A stretch of 64,000 nt of DNA from NCBI RefSeq assembly GCF_006345805.1, contig NC_043004.1:49848001-49912000 (forward strand), written 5' to 3'. The stretch is from Octopus sinensis (lineage: Eukaryota). The notes under the pieces were generated by a model. That model was given only the letters and a program-made list of their open reading frames with translations, was not told the origin of the DNA and searched no databases. The position numbers were made by a program, and so were the translations under genes. Shown here piece by piece: positions 1-12,769 of this stretch (its first letter is position 1; every line of letters starts with the position of its first letter).

Positions 1-151
1 CAATAAAATAAGCACCAGCAGTACATCCTGTGTTCTTATTGATCTCTTCCCCCAGTTAACATTGTTACTGCAATCATAATAAATACTATTAGTATTCTAC
101 TCATACAAGGTAAACAATCAATACGAACTATAGTGAGTCGATTTAGCGTAC

Positions 152-224
152 GGCCGCGTGGCCTAATGGATAAGGCGTCTGACTTCGAATCAGAAGATTG
201 CGAGTTCGAGTCTCGTCGTGGTCG
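152..224 (+). tRNA. tRNA-Arg(TCG), intronless, intact
   Basis: 73 nt. Acceptor GGCCGCG/CGTGGTC plus discriminator G; A box TGGCCTAATGG; anticodon arm TCTGA-CT-TCG-AA-TCAGA; T arm GCGAG-TTCGAGT-CTCGT. Closely resembles the metazoan Arg-TCG consensus as I recall it. Confidence 0.97.
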
Positions 225-234
225 ATTTATTAGC

Positions 235-245
235 TTTTTATTTTT
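235..245 (+). terminator. Pol III oligo-T terminator of the tRNA gene
   Basis: TTTTTATTTTT beginning 11 nt after the tRNA 3' end. Confidence 0.8.
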
Positions 246-748
246 CGACTATGTATATATTCTATGTTCAAATCTCGACTATGTCGTATTGGGTTTTTAT
301 CATTTTGTTGTTGATAAAATGAATTATCCATCATTTTCTAAGAGTTTATATAATCGATTAAATGCCTTCTGAAATTTCTATCCTTGTGGCTATATTAGAA
401 ATTATTATAATTCGAAAACATTGATTCGAAAGAGTCATAGGACGTTTGCACATCTTATGAGTAACTTGAGCAATTACGATATAATCTCATAAACGAATCC
501 GTAGTATTTACTGCCGATTCTGTGATATATTATACGATTGCTGCCAAAGATTGTTGCCCAAGCTCTCCGCTCAAAGTACACTGCTTCTTATAGCAGGAAG
601 AGTTGTAATGATAGTGATTACATAACTCCTGTTCTTTTGTCATTTATTAGTATGTATATGTTACGCTCTATACCCACCTGATGGTTTATTCTAAAGCATA
701 ATTATATTGAGTTCTAGCAATGGTTTATTGACATCGCTATGTATATGC

Positions 749-829
749 GTACACACACACACACACGCGCACGCAAGCAGACACACACACATACACACAC
801 ACGCACACACGCACACACGCACACACACA

Positions 830-870
<41 letters not shown>

Positions 871-900
871 CACACACACACACACACAACACACACACAT
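749..900. repeat. (CA)n microsatellite
   Basis: Direct reading. Confidence 0.95.
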
Positions 901-944
901 CTGTGTATAAATTCGAGCTTCGTCGTGGTTGATTCATTAAATTA

Positions 945-1480
945 TTCATTTTCTGACAATGCTGATCCGGCGGGCGTAAAACTTCTCAGATTTTATAGCG
1001 AAGAAACAATCAATAACGTTTCTAACGTCTAAACAATTTCATAAACTGTTTTCCTCCATAAGAATGTCATAACGGTCAGAAAAGAGAATAATCAGATGGA
1101 GCAAGGGCAGGAGAATATGAAAAGCGTGACAAAACTTCCATATTTTGCGCCATGATCTTTTCCTCAGTCACCTAAGTAATATGTGGTCGTATATTATTAT
1201 GTAAGAGCCACGTCTCTTTACGAATGATGGGTACTTTTTATGCAAATTTTTGTATAATGTTGCCAACTGGCGTCAATAGTTCTCCGGTATTAACTGCACA
1301 GTCAGATGTTGAGGGACTCACTAAGCCTAGACCGTTTTTCTAGCAGGTAAAGGTATTTTATTACCGAAGTGTGACTGGAACGGAACCTTTTTGCCATTTC
1401 CATGCAGTGTAATTTTGATTTTCGTCAGCTACGATCTTCAGAAGTTCACCATTCACAAAACATGATCGAGGGGAACAATG
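945..1480 (-). mobile_element. Decayed mariner transposase relic (catalytic region)
   Basis: Minus-strand translation gives WLLHNNIRPH (cf. LHDNARPH) and YSPALAPSDYSLF (cf. YSPDLAPSDY), with stops and frameshifts. Confidence 0.75.
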
Positions 1481-1758
1481 ACCATAGAACAAATATTTCT
1501 ATCAGTTTTAAACGCTGAAAAGCCACTTTTGCTAATATGGGTCTGATATACAATCACTTAAAAGGGTAAAACCGATACGAATTTTATCTCTAAGATCTAT
1601 AGCAATCTGTATATTAAACTTTAGAAGGTAAAAATTAATTCTTCTTTTATCATAAATAATGAAAGAGTACCTCAAAGTAATCATGTTAAAAATGCAACAG
1701 GACTACCTTTCCAGATTAACACACATACACACACACATATACATGCACACATGCACAC

Positions 1759-1804
<46 letters not shown>

Positions 1805-1914
1805 ACAAATATATATGTATATATATAAATATAAATATAAATATATATATATATATGTATGTATGTATGTATGTATGAATGTATGTATGTATGTATGTAC
1901 GTTTTTTTTTTCAT

Positions 1915-2270
1915 CGACCGGTGTTCGCCTGCACGGACTCAAAAAGAGGTTCAGGGACCATCTTAAACTTGTCCTCAACTCCTGAAACATTCAACCGGCA
2001 CAACTTGAACACTTTGCTCGGAACTGACAAACGTGACGCGCCATCTGCGACGAAGGAGCTGCAAACTTTGCACTAATCCGACGTGAAAAACTCAAGGAAA
2101 AGTGACGTCAATATCATCTCAGACTCACCAACAACTGAATCGACAACTTCCCTTGTCATCTGTGTTCAAGGACATGCTATTCCAGGATTGGACTGTTTTT
2201 TTACATCTATCAACTCACAAAATGCAGGATAAGACTCCTAGAGGACAACGTCGTCATGAACATCGATGAA
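1915..2270 (+). mobile_element. RTE-like LINE 3' end fragment
   Basis: GLKKRFRDHLKLVLNS...RAICDEGAANF resembles the RTE-clade C-terminus; short tail runs into (GTCT)n. Confidence 0.6.
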
Positions 2271-2273
2271 TAG

Positions 2274-2342
2274 TTGTCTGTCTGTCTGTCTGTGTCTGTC
2301 TGTCTATCTATCTATCTATCTATCTATATATATATATCTATA

Positions 2343-2379
<37 letters not shown>

Positions 2380-2384
2380 GTCTG

Positions 2385-2425
<41 letters not shown>

Positions 2426-2440
2426 ATATATCTATATCTA

Positions 2441-2479
<39 letters not shown>

Positions 2480-2490
2480 ATGTATATATA
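2274..2490. repeat. Compound (GTCT)n/(ATCT)n/(TC)n microsatellite
   Basis: Direct reading. Confidence 0.95.
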
Positions 2491-2990
2491 TCTTATATAA
2501 AATCCGTTCTGTCTGTCTGTGTGTCCTCTCGGATCTCGGGCATCCTCCATCCGATTGCGCTCAAGTTTAATATGTAGATACCGACGGTATCAGGGCGTGT
2601 AAAAGTCTTGAGAAAATTACAAAAATCGATTCTAGGTGTGAATGCGATCGATACATCCGTTTTTGTCCTGCTTTTCTTCCGTCAACCTGTACATAACTGC
2701 ACCTTCCATTTTTCGTTGTTTTTGTACTGCTTAAAGGCACGTTTCTTTCCAGCCAAGCTTACTGTTTAAACAATGTTTGTGTTCTCCCAGTCAGCAGTAT
2801 TATCATTACTGATACTTTAAACGCTTCGGTTGCATATTTGTGTGAATAAAATCGTTTTTCTTTGGAATAGAAAAAAGTCTATCTTTATTTCTGTTTTTGC
2901 TGGTGTCTCAAATTTAGGTTAAATTAGTGTTTCTCAAAGAGGAGGCCTATGGGACGGTCGGACAAGTTGTTTTGATAAAATTTGGTTTAA
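2491..2990 (+). mobile_element. Non-autonomous Helitron-like element, 5' portion (second copy at 56036)
   Basis: Starts A|TCTTATATAAAA...CTGTCTGTCTGTGTG, a Helitron-type 5' end; colinear with 56036-56520. Confidence 0.6.
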
Positions 2991-3115
2991 ATGTTTGACA
3001 ACTCAGCACTGTCCATTGGAGGGGGGGCTTGTTTTGCTCGTATGTATATATACACCACACACGCATATACATACATACATACAAATGTATATATACATAT
3101 ACATATGTATAATAT

Positions 3116-3163
<48 letters not shown>

Positions 3164-3224
3164 CACATATATATATATAAAGACCTAACAAAAAAGGAAA
3201 TAGATTATTTAACAACTTTTGATG

Positions 3225-4130
3225 TAAGCCCACCCTATTCTATGGTCTACCGAAAATTCACAAAGCCAAACTATAAACGAAGCCATAAAAAATCACAAAA
3301 GGCGTACATACATACATACATGCATGCATGCATGCATGCACACATACATACATACATACATACATACACCAGCACCAGGAGACCTAAAATTATGGCCCAT
3401 TATAGCTCGTGAAAAAGCGATTAAGTTGCCTCATGGATATCCTCCCGAAACTTTTTCGAAAATACATCAAAAGTTATATTAGAGATAACTTAGATATGTT
3501 AAAGTACCTGCCAGGAAAGGTCAAGGAAGAAACAGTCATTTGAAGTGATAAAACTATACACTAACATACCCCATAATTATGGAATAGAAGCAATCCGGGA
3601 AAGTTAGATGGTTTTACAACTTTTCTAGATCTTGGATTCTCTTTCTATCATCATCTCAGGTTATTTTTCTATGAAGATAAGCTCGTTATTTAGTTGATGT
3701 TTTTTTTCCAACGGTTGTAATGGTTCCTCTCACGGACGAGAGCATGTCCTGCCCTTTCCGCAACTCTTCTAGCTTTATATGAATTCACTGGTGTCATTAT
3801 TTGCTATTTGGATCTCAACACAAGTGCGACAAAATAAAGAGGCCTTATTTATCGAAAAATATAAGCCGGAATTAAATATAAACCCATATTGAAAATAAAA
3901 GATTTACCCATCTATTGTAAGAAACAAATTTAGACCAATAAAAAAATTACAGATCTACCTCCCCTTTACTGTAAAATACCTTGTTTACCAATTATTCCCC
4001 CTAACAAACAAAATATCTAATTCAGAAATTTATCCAAAACTCAGAATTTGAAATGCCATAACGAAACTGGTTATTATGTTGGAAGAAAAGATCTTATACC
4101 AGTGCCCTTAGTCACTTTAGTGACGTCTAT
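3225..4130 (+). mobile_element. Penelope-like element (PLE) reverse transcriptase relic, split by a (TACA/TGCA)n tract
   Basis: PTLFYGLPKIHK near 3230 and KLYTNIPHNYGIEAI near 3555 are PLE RT motifs; many frameshifts. Confidence 0.7.
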
Positions 4131-4179
4131 ATTTTCGCCTTTCGGTTGTAAATTGCAAATAAGCCATCTTTGTTATTTA

Positions 4180-4295
4180 TATACATATACATACATACAT
4201 ACATACATACATACATACATACATACATACATGCATGCATACATACATACATACGTACATACATACATACATACATACATACACACACACACACG

Positions 4296-4331
<36 letters not shown>

Positions 4332-4618
4332 CATATATACACACACACACGCATATATATTATCAATGCAAACACACATATACAGGATCAAATGCACTCA
4401 TAGAACATATTTTTAGCATGTTATATGATGTTACACAAATATTTACCACAGTCTTTGTATGTGTGTGTGTGCGTGTGTGTGCGTGCGTGTGTGCGTTGTG
4501 TGTGTCTGTGTGTGTGTATGTCGGTGTGAGTGAGTTTGTGTGTGTTTGTGTGTGTGTGTGTGTGCGTGTGTGTGCGTGTGTGCGTTGTGTGTGTCTATGT
4601 GTGTGTATGTCTGTGTGA

Positions 4619-4679
<61 letters not shown>

Positions 4680-4680
4680 T
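4180..4680. repeat. (TACA)n, (TA)n and (TG)n microsatellite cluster
   Basis: Direct reading. Confidence 0.95.
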
Positions 4681-5526
4681 GTAAGTGTAACTGTACGCCA
4701 GTGTGCAATTATGGACAAGCTATAATTCACTGGCTGATAATTAATATGATGTTAATCCTCTCCAGTTGGCTGAGTGTCCAGTGTAATCGATGATAATGAT
4801 GATTGTTGCTTTTGTTGTCCATGATGATGATGATGATGGTTATGAACATCGTCATGATAGCGGTGTAACGGTGTGTGATGAAACAGCCACTACCTCACGC
4901 ATTTACTGACATCACTAATCCTCCCCTACCTTCATCGTACAGGATTATCTCCCCTTAATACATTTTACATTATCCATATGTCGTAACCTCCGGACATATC
5001 CAGCATCTTGAAAACTTAATATCCTTCACCCTTTCCAACTGTCTCTCTGTCTGTCTGTCTCCCCGTTTCTCTCAATCGCCTTCATGCACACACGCATGCA
5101 CACGCAGACACACGTACTTACAAAAACATATACACGCATATTCGTATAAAACGGCTTCTGTAACACACCTATCTATCGACTTCCACTCGCAAGGTACTGG
5201 CTCAGCCCAAACTATCATAAAAAATATATTTATCTAACCTCATCAGCAAGTCTGCACCCTTGTCCAGTTATGTCAAATGGTTTTACATAGCCAACGTATA
5301 TATTCAAATGTTTCTGTCTTTCAAATAAGAAAAGTGTTTAATTACTTGATAATCAATAAATTGTGAAACTCAGAGCCACAATCTACGGAGTTTCAGGAGA
5401 AAATATGATTTATAACTTTCTGAATATCATTGTATCGATACACACAGTCACAAAAATTTCTATATACATACATACATACATACATACATACATACATACA
5501 TACATACATACATACATACATACATA

Positions 5527-5850
5527 CTGCGTGGCATCTTGGGCAAGTGTCTTCTGCTATAGCCCCGGGCCGACCAATGCCTTGTGAGTGGATTTGGTAG
5601 ACGGAAACTGAAAGAAGCCTGTCGTATATATGTATATATATATATGTGTGTGTTTGTGTGTCTGTGTTTGTCCCCCTAGCATTGCTTGACAACTGATGCC
5701 GGTGTGTTTACGTCCCCGTTACTTAGCGGTTCGGCAAAAGAGACCGATAGAATAAGTACTGGGCTTACAAAGAATAAGTCCTGGGGTCGATTTGCTTGAC
5801 TAAAGGCGGTGCTCCAGCATGGCCGCAGTCAAATGACTGAAACAAGTAAG
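5527..5850 (+). mobile_element. SINE family A, 5'-truncated
   Basis: Colinear with the full copies at 8305 and 55387. Confidence 0.9.
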
Positions 5851-6200
5851 AAAAAATACATACATGCATACATACATACATACATACATACATACATACA
5901 TACATACATACATACATACATTCATACATACATACATAAATACATATGTGTGTTTGTATTTATGAATATGAAATAAATTAGTGAGATACAAAAAGGTCGT
6001 TGTACCCAAGGAGAAGGAATGCTGAACATCTATGTAGCCCATTTAAGATATGTAATATTCGTTCGGTATGCCTTTGAAACATAGGTAGGATGTAACTACC
6101 TACTTTATTACTTTCACCAACACACACACAAACACACACACCACATACACCCACACCCAACGCGTACATCCATACATCCATACATACATATATACATACA

Positions 6201-6880
6201 TGAGACAAGATGTATATAATGAAATCCGTCAGAAGGATAAGCACGAGTACAAAGAAATAAGAAGCTGCAGTATGGCAGCCACTCATAATAAAGTGGAATA
6301 CTGGTGGAATGTTCCAGTGAAAACCTCAATAAAATGTAAGCACAACAGACCTGATATAATGATTTGGGATAGAGAAGAGAAACTGTGTACAGTTGTGGAA
6401 ATTAGCTGCCCAGCAGATGTTAACATAAAACTGAAGATTAGTGACAAAACAGAATACCTACGCTGAACTAATGAGAAATCTAGTTACTTTACCCAGATTA
6501 CAAGTTCAGGTTTATACCTGTAATTATTAGGGTCCTGGAATATGTAACACACTGCCTGAATACCAATCTTGAGAAATTAGGCTTCTCAAAACCAGAAAGG
6601 AGAAAACTGATTCGAAGACTACAGATCCAAGTCATCACTGGAAATAAAAACCTGTAAAACTTTCCAGAAATTTATCATTTGAATATATCTTGACATGCAA
6701 TTATATGCATCAGAATACATACATAAAACAAAACGTACAAAGCTGTACATATGTACACATACATACAAAAATACTTGTTGACGTTGTTGAAATTCCAATG
6801 AAGGATCTTTGGATCTAGCATGGAAACCGTCTCTTTCTCTATTGGCAAGAAATTTTGAAATAAAACTGAATAATGAAATA
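6201..6880 (+). mobile_element. R4/Dong-like LINE 3' fragment (restriction-like endonuclease domain plus 3'UTR) within (TACA)n
   Basis: HNRPDIMIWDREEKLCTVVEISCPADVNIK matches the RLE PD..(D/E) motif; tail AATAAAACTGAATAATGAAA; TACA repeats on both sides. Confidence 0.8.
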
Positions 6881-7047
6881 CATACACACATGCATACATA
6901 CATACACGCATGCATACATGCATACATACATACACACATACATACATACATGCATAAATACATGCATACATAAACACACACATATACACACACGTGTATA
7001 TGCTTGTGTATGTTTTGTGTGAATGGATATATAGCTTTATGTATATA

Positions 7048-7079
<32 letters not shown>

Positions 7080-7829
7080 TGTGTGTGTGTGTGTGCGTGT
7101 GTGTGTGTGTTTGTGTATTTGTGTGTGTGTGTATGTTTGCATGTATGCATGTTTTGTATGGGTGGATATATAGCTTTATGTATGTATGTATATATATATA
7201 CATATAAACATATTTATAGATATAGATATATACATATATACATAAACATATATAAAACACTCACACACTCACATACACACTCACATTTATATATATATAT
7301 ATATATATATACCCCAGCATGACGGCAGCCGACGGTGTTGCCCCATCAAGACCGCAACTTTGAAGCTGAAGCTGTTTAAACAGTTTATCCATGCATTAGC
7401 CTTGCCTGGAATCAGGTTCCGTTCGCTTGCTGTGGTCAAATATTGTTCTTATATTGTTTTGAAATATTATGTATTATCTGAAGAGAACGGTTTTTCTTTA
7501 GTTATGGCATAAAGTACTCATTAATTTATTTTAAGAACCCGTTGGAAACAGCTGTAATGGAGTGACATTTGGCCATCGTTTGTTGTTTATGCATACGTAA
7601 ATATATGTGTGCATATATATAATATATACATAATGAAACTACACATGCACTGTTGGGAAGTTTCGCCCCCACCTTTTTTTTAACCTTCTTATGTCTCCTG
7701 TTTCCGAAGCAGAGCTTGCTCGAAATGTAAAACATTTCTTTCTTTCCTTCTCTGAGCATCTTATTAAAACTTTGCATGTACCACGTCCTCGCATTGTTGT
7801 TTTTTGTTGTCTTTTTTCTCCATTTTTTG

Positions 7830-7866
<37 letters not shown>

Positions 7867-8304
7867 GCGTGCATACACAGATATATAAGCAAATATGACG
7901 TAAGTAAACTAACTTAGTATGGCTTGTACTTGTACTACTTAGAACGTAGACAGATACAGAAACGTTACTTTTCTCGATAACGCGACATAAAATTTATTCG
8001 ACTGTTTGAAATTTTTTATGTTTTACTTGTTTAGTCATTGTGTTGCGGCCATGATGGGGCATCGCCTTGAAGTGTTTAGTCTAACAATTAAAACCATGTA
8101 CATATCCTATCAGTCTCTTTGCCGAACGGCTAATTTACGGGTATCAAAACAGATATCAGTTGAAAAGCGGTGATGGAGGACAAACATAACACAAATACAG
8201 ATACCCAGACAGATATTTGACAGATAATGTTAGATTATTTAAAATTCACGAGACAGGGTAGTATGCTCCATTAAAAATGAAAAAAAAGAATCAACAGAAA
8301 TTGA

Positions 8305-8716
8305 GGCGCAGGAGTGGCTGTGTGGTAAGTAGCTTGTTTACCAACCACATGGTTCCGGGTTCAGTCCCACTGCGTGGCACCTTGGGCAAGTGTCTTCTAC
8401 TATAGCCTCGGGCCGACCAAAGCCTTGTGAGTGGATTTGGTAGACGGAAACTGAAACAAGCCCGTCGTATATATGTATATATATATATATATATGCGTGT
8501 GTGTGTTTGTGTGTCTGTGTTTGTCCCCTAGCATTGCTTGACAACCGATGCTGGTGTGTTTATGTCCCCGTTACTTAGCGGTTCGGCAAAAGAGACCGAT
8601 AGAATAAGTACTGGGCTTACAAAAGAATAAGTCCCGGGGTCGAGTTGCTCGATTAAAGGATGTGCTCCAGCATGGCCGCAGTCAAATGACTGAAACAAGT
8701 AAAAGAGTAAAAGAGT
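8305..8716 (+). mobile_element. SINE family A, full length (tRNA-like head, CORE-like CCTTGGGCAAGTGTCTT, internal microsatellite, AAAGAGT tail)
   Basis: Head GGCGCAGGAGTGGCTGTGTGG...GGTTCAGTCCC; many copies in the window. Possibly an octopus OR-type SINE (from memory, not searched). Confidence 0.9.
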
Positions 8717-9309
8717 AGAGAGAGAAATAAGCAAATTATTTCTTACAGATTCTATTTTCCTGTGAGTGCGACATTAGGGTCAATATACAAAAGGCGGTAG
8801 AGGTCAGCTGTTTTATACAGTTGTGAGGAGAAAATAGCAGTGTCGAAGCTCAAACACTTTTGGTAATGACTGCATCTGTTGCAGACGTTAGGAAGAGGTT
8901 GTTTGCTAGGAATAGAAAAACGTGCTGAGTCTGAAATCGAAAACGACTGTTTCCTAATATTCTGAAAGGGTTCGTATATATACATACTGGAAAGCTGAAT
9001 GTAGCTCTCATAACAATGGGAAGTAAATTTTCTTATCTCTGTTACCCTGAATTTAACCCAAGAACGTTGACTTAAACAACAGAACCTATCTAATTTTCAC
9101 CGTTGCCCTCACAAATTTCTAAGTTCGGAAGGAGAGAACAATGGAAAGGATCTGGTGGAAAAATCTAGGTTAGGGTTTCGATTCCTGGCCATGAATACAG
9201 GAAACGATTTGTTTCAGATATATGCACATTCTTTTTTTTTCTCTGTTATTCTCTCCTTCGTTATTTATTTAAATTTTGCTCTATAAATATTTAATTGGAT
9301 ACTCTCTTT

Positions 9310-9717
9310 TAGTCTTTTACTCTTTTACTTGTTTCAGTCATTTGACTGCGGCCATGCTGGAGCACCGCCTTTAATCGAGCAACTCGACCCCGGGACTTAT
9401 TCTTTTGTAAGCCCAGTACTTATTCTATCGGTCTCTTGTGCCGAACCGCTAAGTAACGGGGACATAAACACACCAGCATCGGTTGTCAAGCAATGCTAAG
9501 GGGACAAACACAGACACACAAACACACACACATATATATATATACATATACATATATACGACAGGCTTCTTTCAGTTTCCGTCTACCAAATCCACTCACA
9601 AGGCATTGGTCGGCCCGGGGCTATAGCAGAAGACACTTGCCCAAGATGCCACGCAGTGGGACTGAACCCGGAACCATGTGGTTGGTTAGCAAGCTACTTA
9701 CCACACAGCCACTCCTG
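9310..9717 (-). mobile_element. SINE family A, near full length
   Basis: Reverse complement of the 8305 copy with few differences. Confidence 0.9.
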
Positions 9718-10339
9718 TTGTGAAAATTTAGGAACCGAATAACAATTTTTTATTCACTTGGGATTTTTTTTGTTTTTGTAATCTTTAACTGCAGTTATTC
9801 ATAACAATTATGCATATCAAATAGTTTAAATGTAACATTTTTTTTCAACTGTTTTGATGACATTTTGGTAAGAAATACTGAATCATTCGCTGAAACAGTA
9901 TATCTAACACAAAAAAGTTACAAAAAAGCCAAACAAATCTCAACAAACAGATTCACACGCACACACACACGCACGCGCGAACCGTCGCCATACTCTTTAA
10001 AGGATTTAGCAAAATACGAAACCGGAAGTGCATGGGGTATAAACTCAACTATAACTCATTCCTTCCTGAACACTTCCTTCCATCTAAATCAGGACTTCCG
10101 GTCACTTTTCCCGGCCAGTGTTGGTTTGGTGGTTCATGACAGTTAAATGAACGTGGAAAAAATGACTGATGGGTAAAGAGTGGATGAATAAGGGTGGGAT
10201 AGGATTGTATAAGGGTGGATATAAAAGGACCATTAAAAACAGATATACATGAAATAAAGGGAATTAAACACGGAAAGGCTATCGTGAAAAATGTAGAAAA
10301 AAGCTCAGATGCATTAATGCAGACACATATATACATTAA

Positions 10340-10822
10340 TATAGACATACATACATACATATAAATATATACATACATACATTCATACATACATTCATAC
10401 ATGCATATACATACATGCATACATACATATATACATACATTACATATATACATACATACACATACATACATACATACATACATACACACACACATACATA
10501 CATGCATACATACATACATACATACATACATACATACATACATACCTGCATACATATATACATACATACATACATACATACATACATACATACATACATA
10601 CATACATACATACGTACGTACGTACGGACGGACGGACGGACGGATGGACGTACATACATGCATGCATCCGGGCATGCATTCATAAAATCGAGTGACGAGA
10701 AGAAGGAGGAAGAGAAGTAGGAACAAACGAAGAAGAAGAAGAAGAAGAAGAAGAAGAAGAAGAAGAAGAAGAAGAAGAAGAAGAAGAAGAAGAAGAAGAA
10801 GAAGAAGAAGAAGAAGAAGAAG
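10340..10822. repeat. (TACA)n array followed by an almost pure (GAA)n tract
   Basis: Direct reading; the uninterrupted GAA run spans about 10728-10822. Confidence 0.95.
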
Positions 10823-10841
10823 ACTAAACAGTTGAATATTA

Positions 10842-11072
10842 GGCGGCAAGCTGGCAGAAACGTTAGCATGCCGGACGAAATGTGTAGCCGTATTTCGTCT
10901 GTCGCTACGTTCTGAGTTCAAATTCCGCCGGGGTTGACTTTGCCTTTCATCCTTTCGGGGTCGATAAATTAAGTACCAGTTACGCAGTGGGGTCGATATA
11001 ATCGACTTAATCCGTTTGTCTGTCCTTGTTTGTCCTCTCTGTGTTTAGCCCCTTGTGGGTAGTAAAGAAATA
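10842..11072 (+). mobile_element. SINE family B (central GCCTTTCATCCTTTCGGGGTCGATAAATTAAGTACCAG, recalled as Deu/Nin-domain-like)
   Basis: Near-identical copies at 20951 and 25149; diverged copies at 11145, 42028 and 57225. Confidence 0.85.
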
Positions 11073-12114
11073 AAATATTGGGGTCAATGTAATCGACTCA
11101 TCCCCTCCCCACAAATTACTGCTCTAAAACCTTTATTATTATTACTATCGTTAAGGTGGCGAAATGCGAGAGTCATTACCACTCCGGACAAAATGCTTAG
11201 CGGCATTTCATCCGACTTAACGTTCTGAGTTCAAATTCATCGAGGTGGACTTTGTCTTGCATCTGTTTCGGAATCGGTAAAATAGGTACCAGTCACGCAC
11301 TGAGGTCGATATGATCAACTAGCTCCCTATCCCCAAATTTCAAGACAGGATCATCATCATCATCATCATCATCATCTGTTTGTGAACAAATTGTGTGTGA
11401 AAGTGCGTCTGTGTATGTGTTTGTGCATGCCTACATGTTTGTGTGTGTATGTATTTGTGCATGCCTGCATGTGCGCGCGTGTGCATGCGTGTATGTGTAT
11501 ATGCATGTGCGTATGTGTCTGCGTGCACGTGCATAAGTGCATGCGCAAGCGTGTATATGTGTGTCATTTCTCAAATTACGAAAGTTATTCTTACAATTTT
11601 CTTCGAATTTCGAGGATCTTTTTGTTTCCATTACCCATTTACCACCCCTTTTAGAGAGGAAGTGAAGCTCGTGTCACCATCCGCTTAGAGGAGGAGATCG
11701 ACCTGGGCCCCTAGTGTCTCTTCCGACAAGAATCTTCCCGTCTATTTTTACCTCAAATCGTGGCTCTAGGTGCGAGGCGTGCTCTTCAGAAATCGAGGTA
11801 AACACAGCCTCTTCCACTTTATATCCGTTGGTTCTTAATTACGCTGGATACATTTGTTTTGAGTGTTTTTGTTTGTCTGTTTGAATAAACATGTATGGTG
11901 TGTTATTGGTTGGCGATTGTATGTGTATGTGTATGTGCATGTACTTGCGTGCTCGTATGTGTTTGCCTGATTGTATTGTGAGTATATATATATAATATAT
12001 ATCTATATATATATATATAATATATTATATATATATATATATATGTATATGTATCCTGTTTTATATATATATATATATATATAATATATAGACCACAACA
12101 CACACACATCACAC

Positions 12115-12685
12115 ACAAAATTTAGAGGACTGACCACTAAAAAATGGACAGCCTATATGCTAGATATAGGTGTCAAAATCACCATTTTTCACGAAGAATG
12201 TGTTCTCAAGAAAAAAAATTCAGCAAATAACCAAAGTGTAAAAATAAGCAAGACAAATGAAAATATACGAAATGCAAAAAACGATTACCTATGTACTAAT
12301 TAGTTTCACTTGTTAATATTTACGTATATGGATACGCAAACACCTGCAAGATCATCAGCATAGTCTGTCGTTTACAAAACATAATTCCCAGAATTAGATC
12401 CAGAACGCTCGACCGAAATCCAGCATGCATAAAGTTCAACAAATGATATTTATGTGTATGTTTACGTATCCATATACGTAAATATTAACAAGTGAAACTA
12501 ATTAGTACATAGGTAATCGTTTTTGTATTTCGTATATTTTCATTTGTCTTGCTTATTTTTACACTTTGGTTTTTTGCTGAATTTTTTTCTTGAGAACACA
12601 TTCTTCGTGGAAAATGGCGATTTTGACGTCTATATCTAGCATATAGGCTATCCATTTTTTTAGTGGTCAGTCCTCTAAATTTTGT
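12115..12685. mobile_element. Inverted-repeat element with ~227-bp arms and a ~116-bp spacer
   Basis: 12115-12342 is the reverse complement of 12459-12685, with scattered substitutions. Confidence 0.9.
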
Positions 12686-12769
12686 ATGTAAAAAAAAATA
12701 AATTTAAATATGCTAGGCCACTGGTTTTAATTGATCTCCTCCAACCAAATATGCTTTGGTTTTTCTCAG

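Noticed and set aside
128-145. CTATAGTGAGTCGATTTA, a 16/18 match to the reverse-complement T7 promoter
   Set aside because: Imperfect, continuous with the native tRNA flank, and no other vector sequence; treated as coincidence.
133-372. 79-aa ORF
   Set aside because: It reads through the tRNA gene and its T-rich terminator.
8749-8761. Possible 13-nt microexon (TTACAG|...|GTGAGT)
   Set aside because: Such signals arise by chance in AT-rich DNA, and there is no gene context.
12343-12458. CTGATGA (minus) and CGAAAT (plus) in the spacer of the fold-back element
   Set aside because: The two halves are on opposite strands and do not form a hammerhead.
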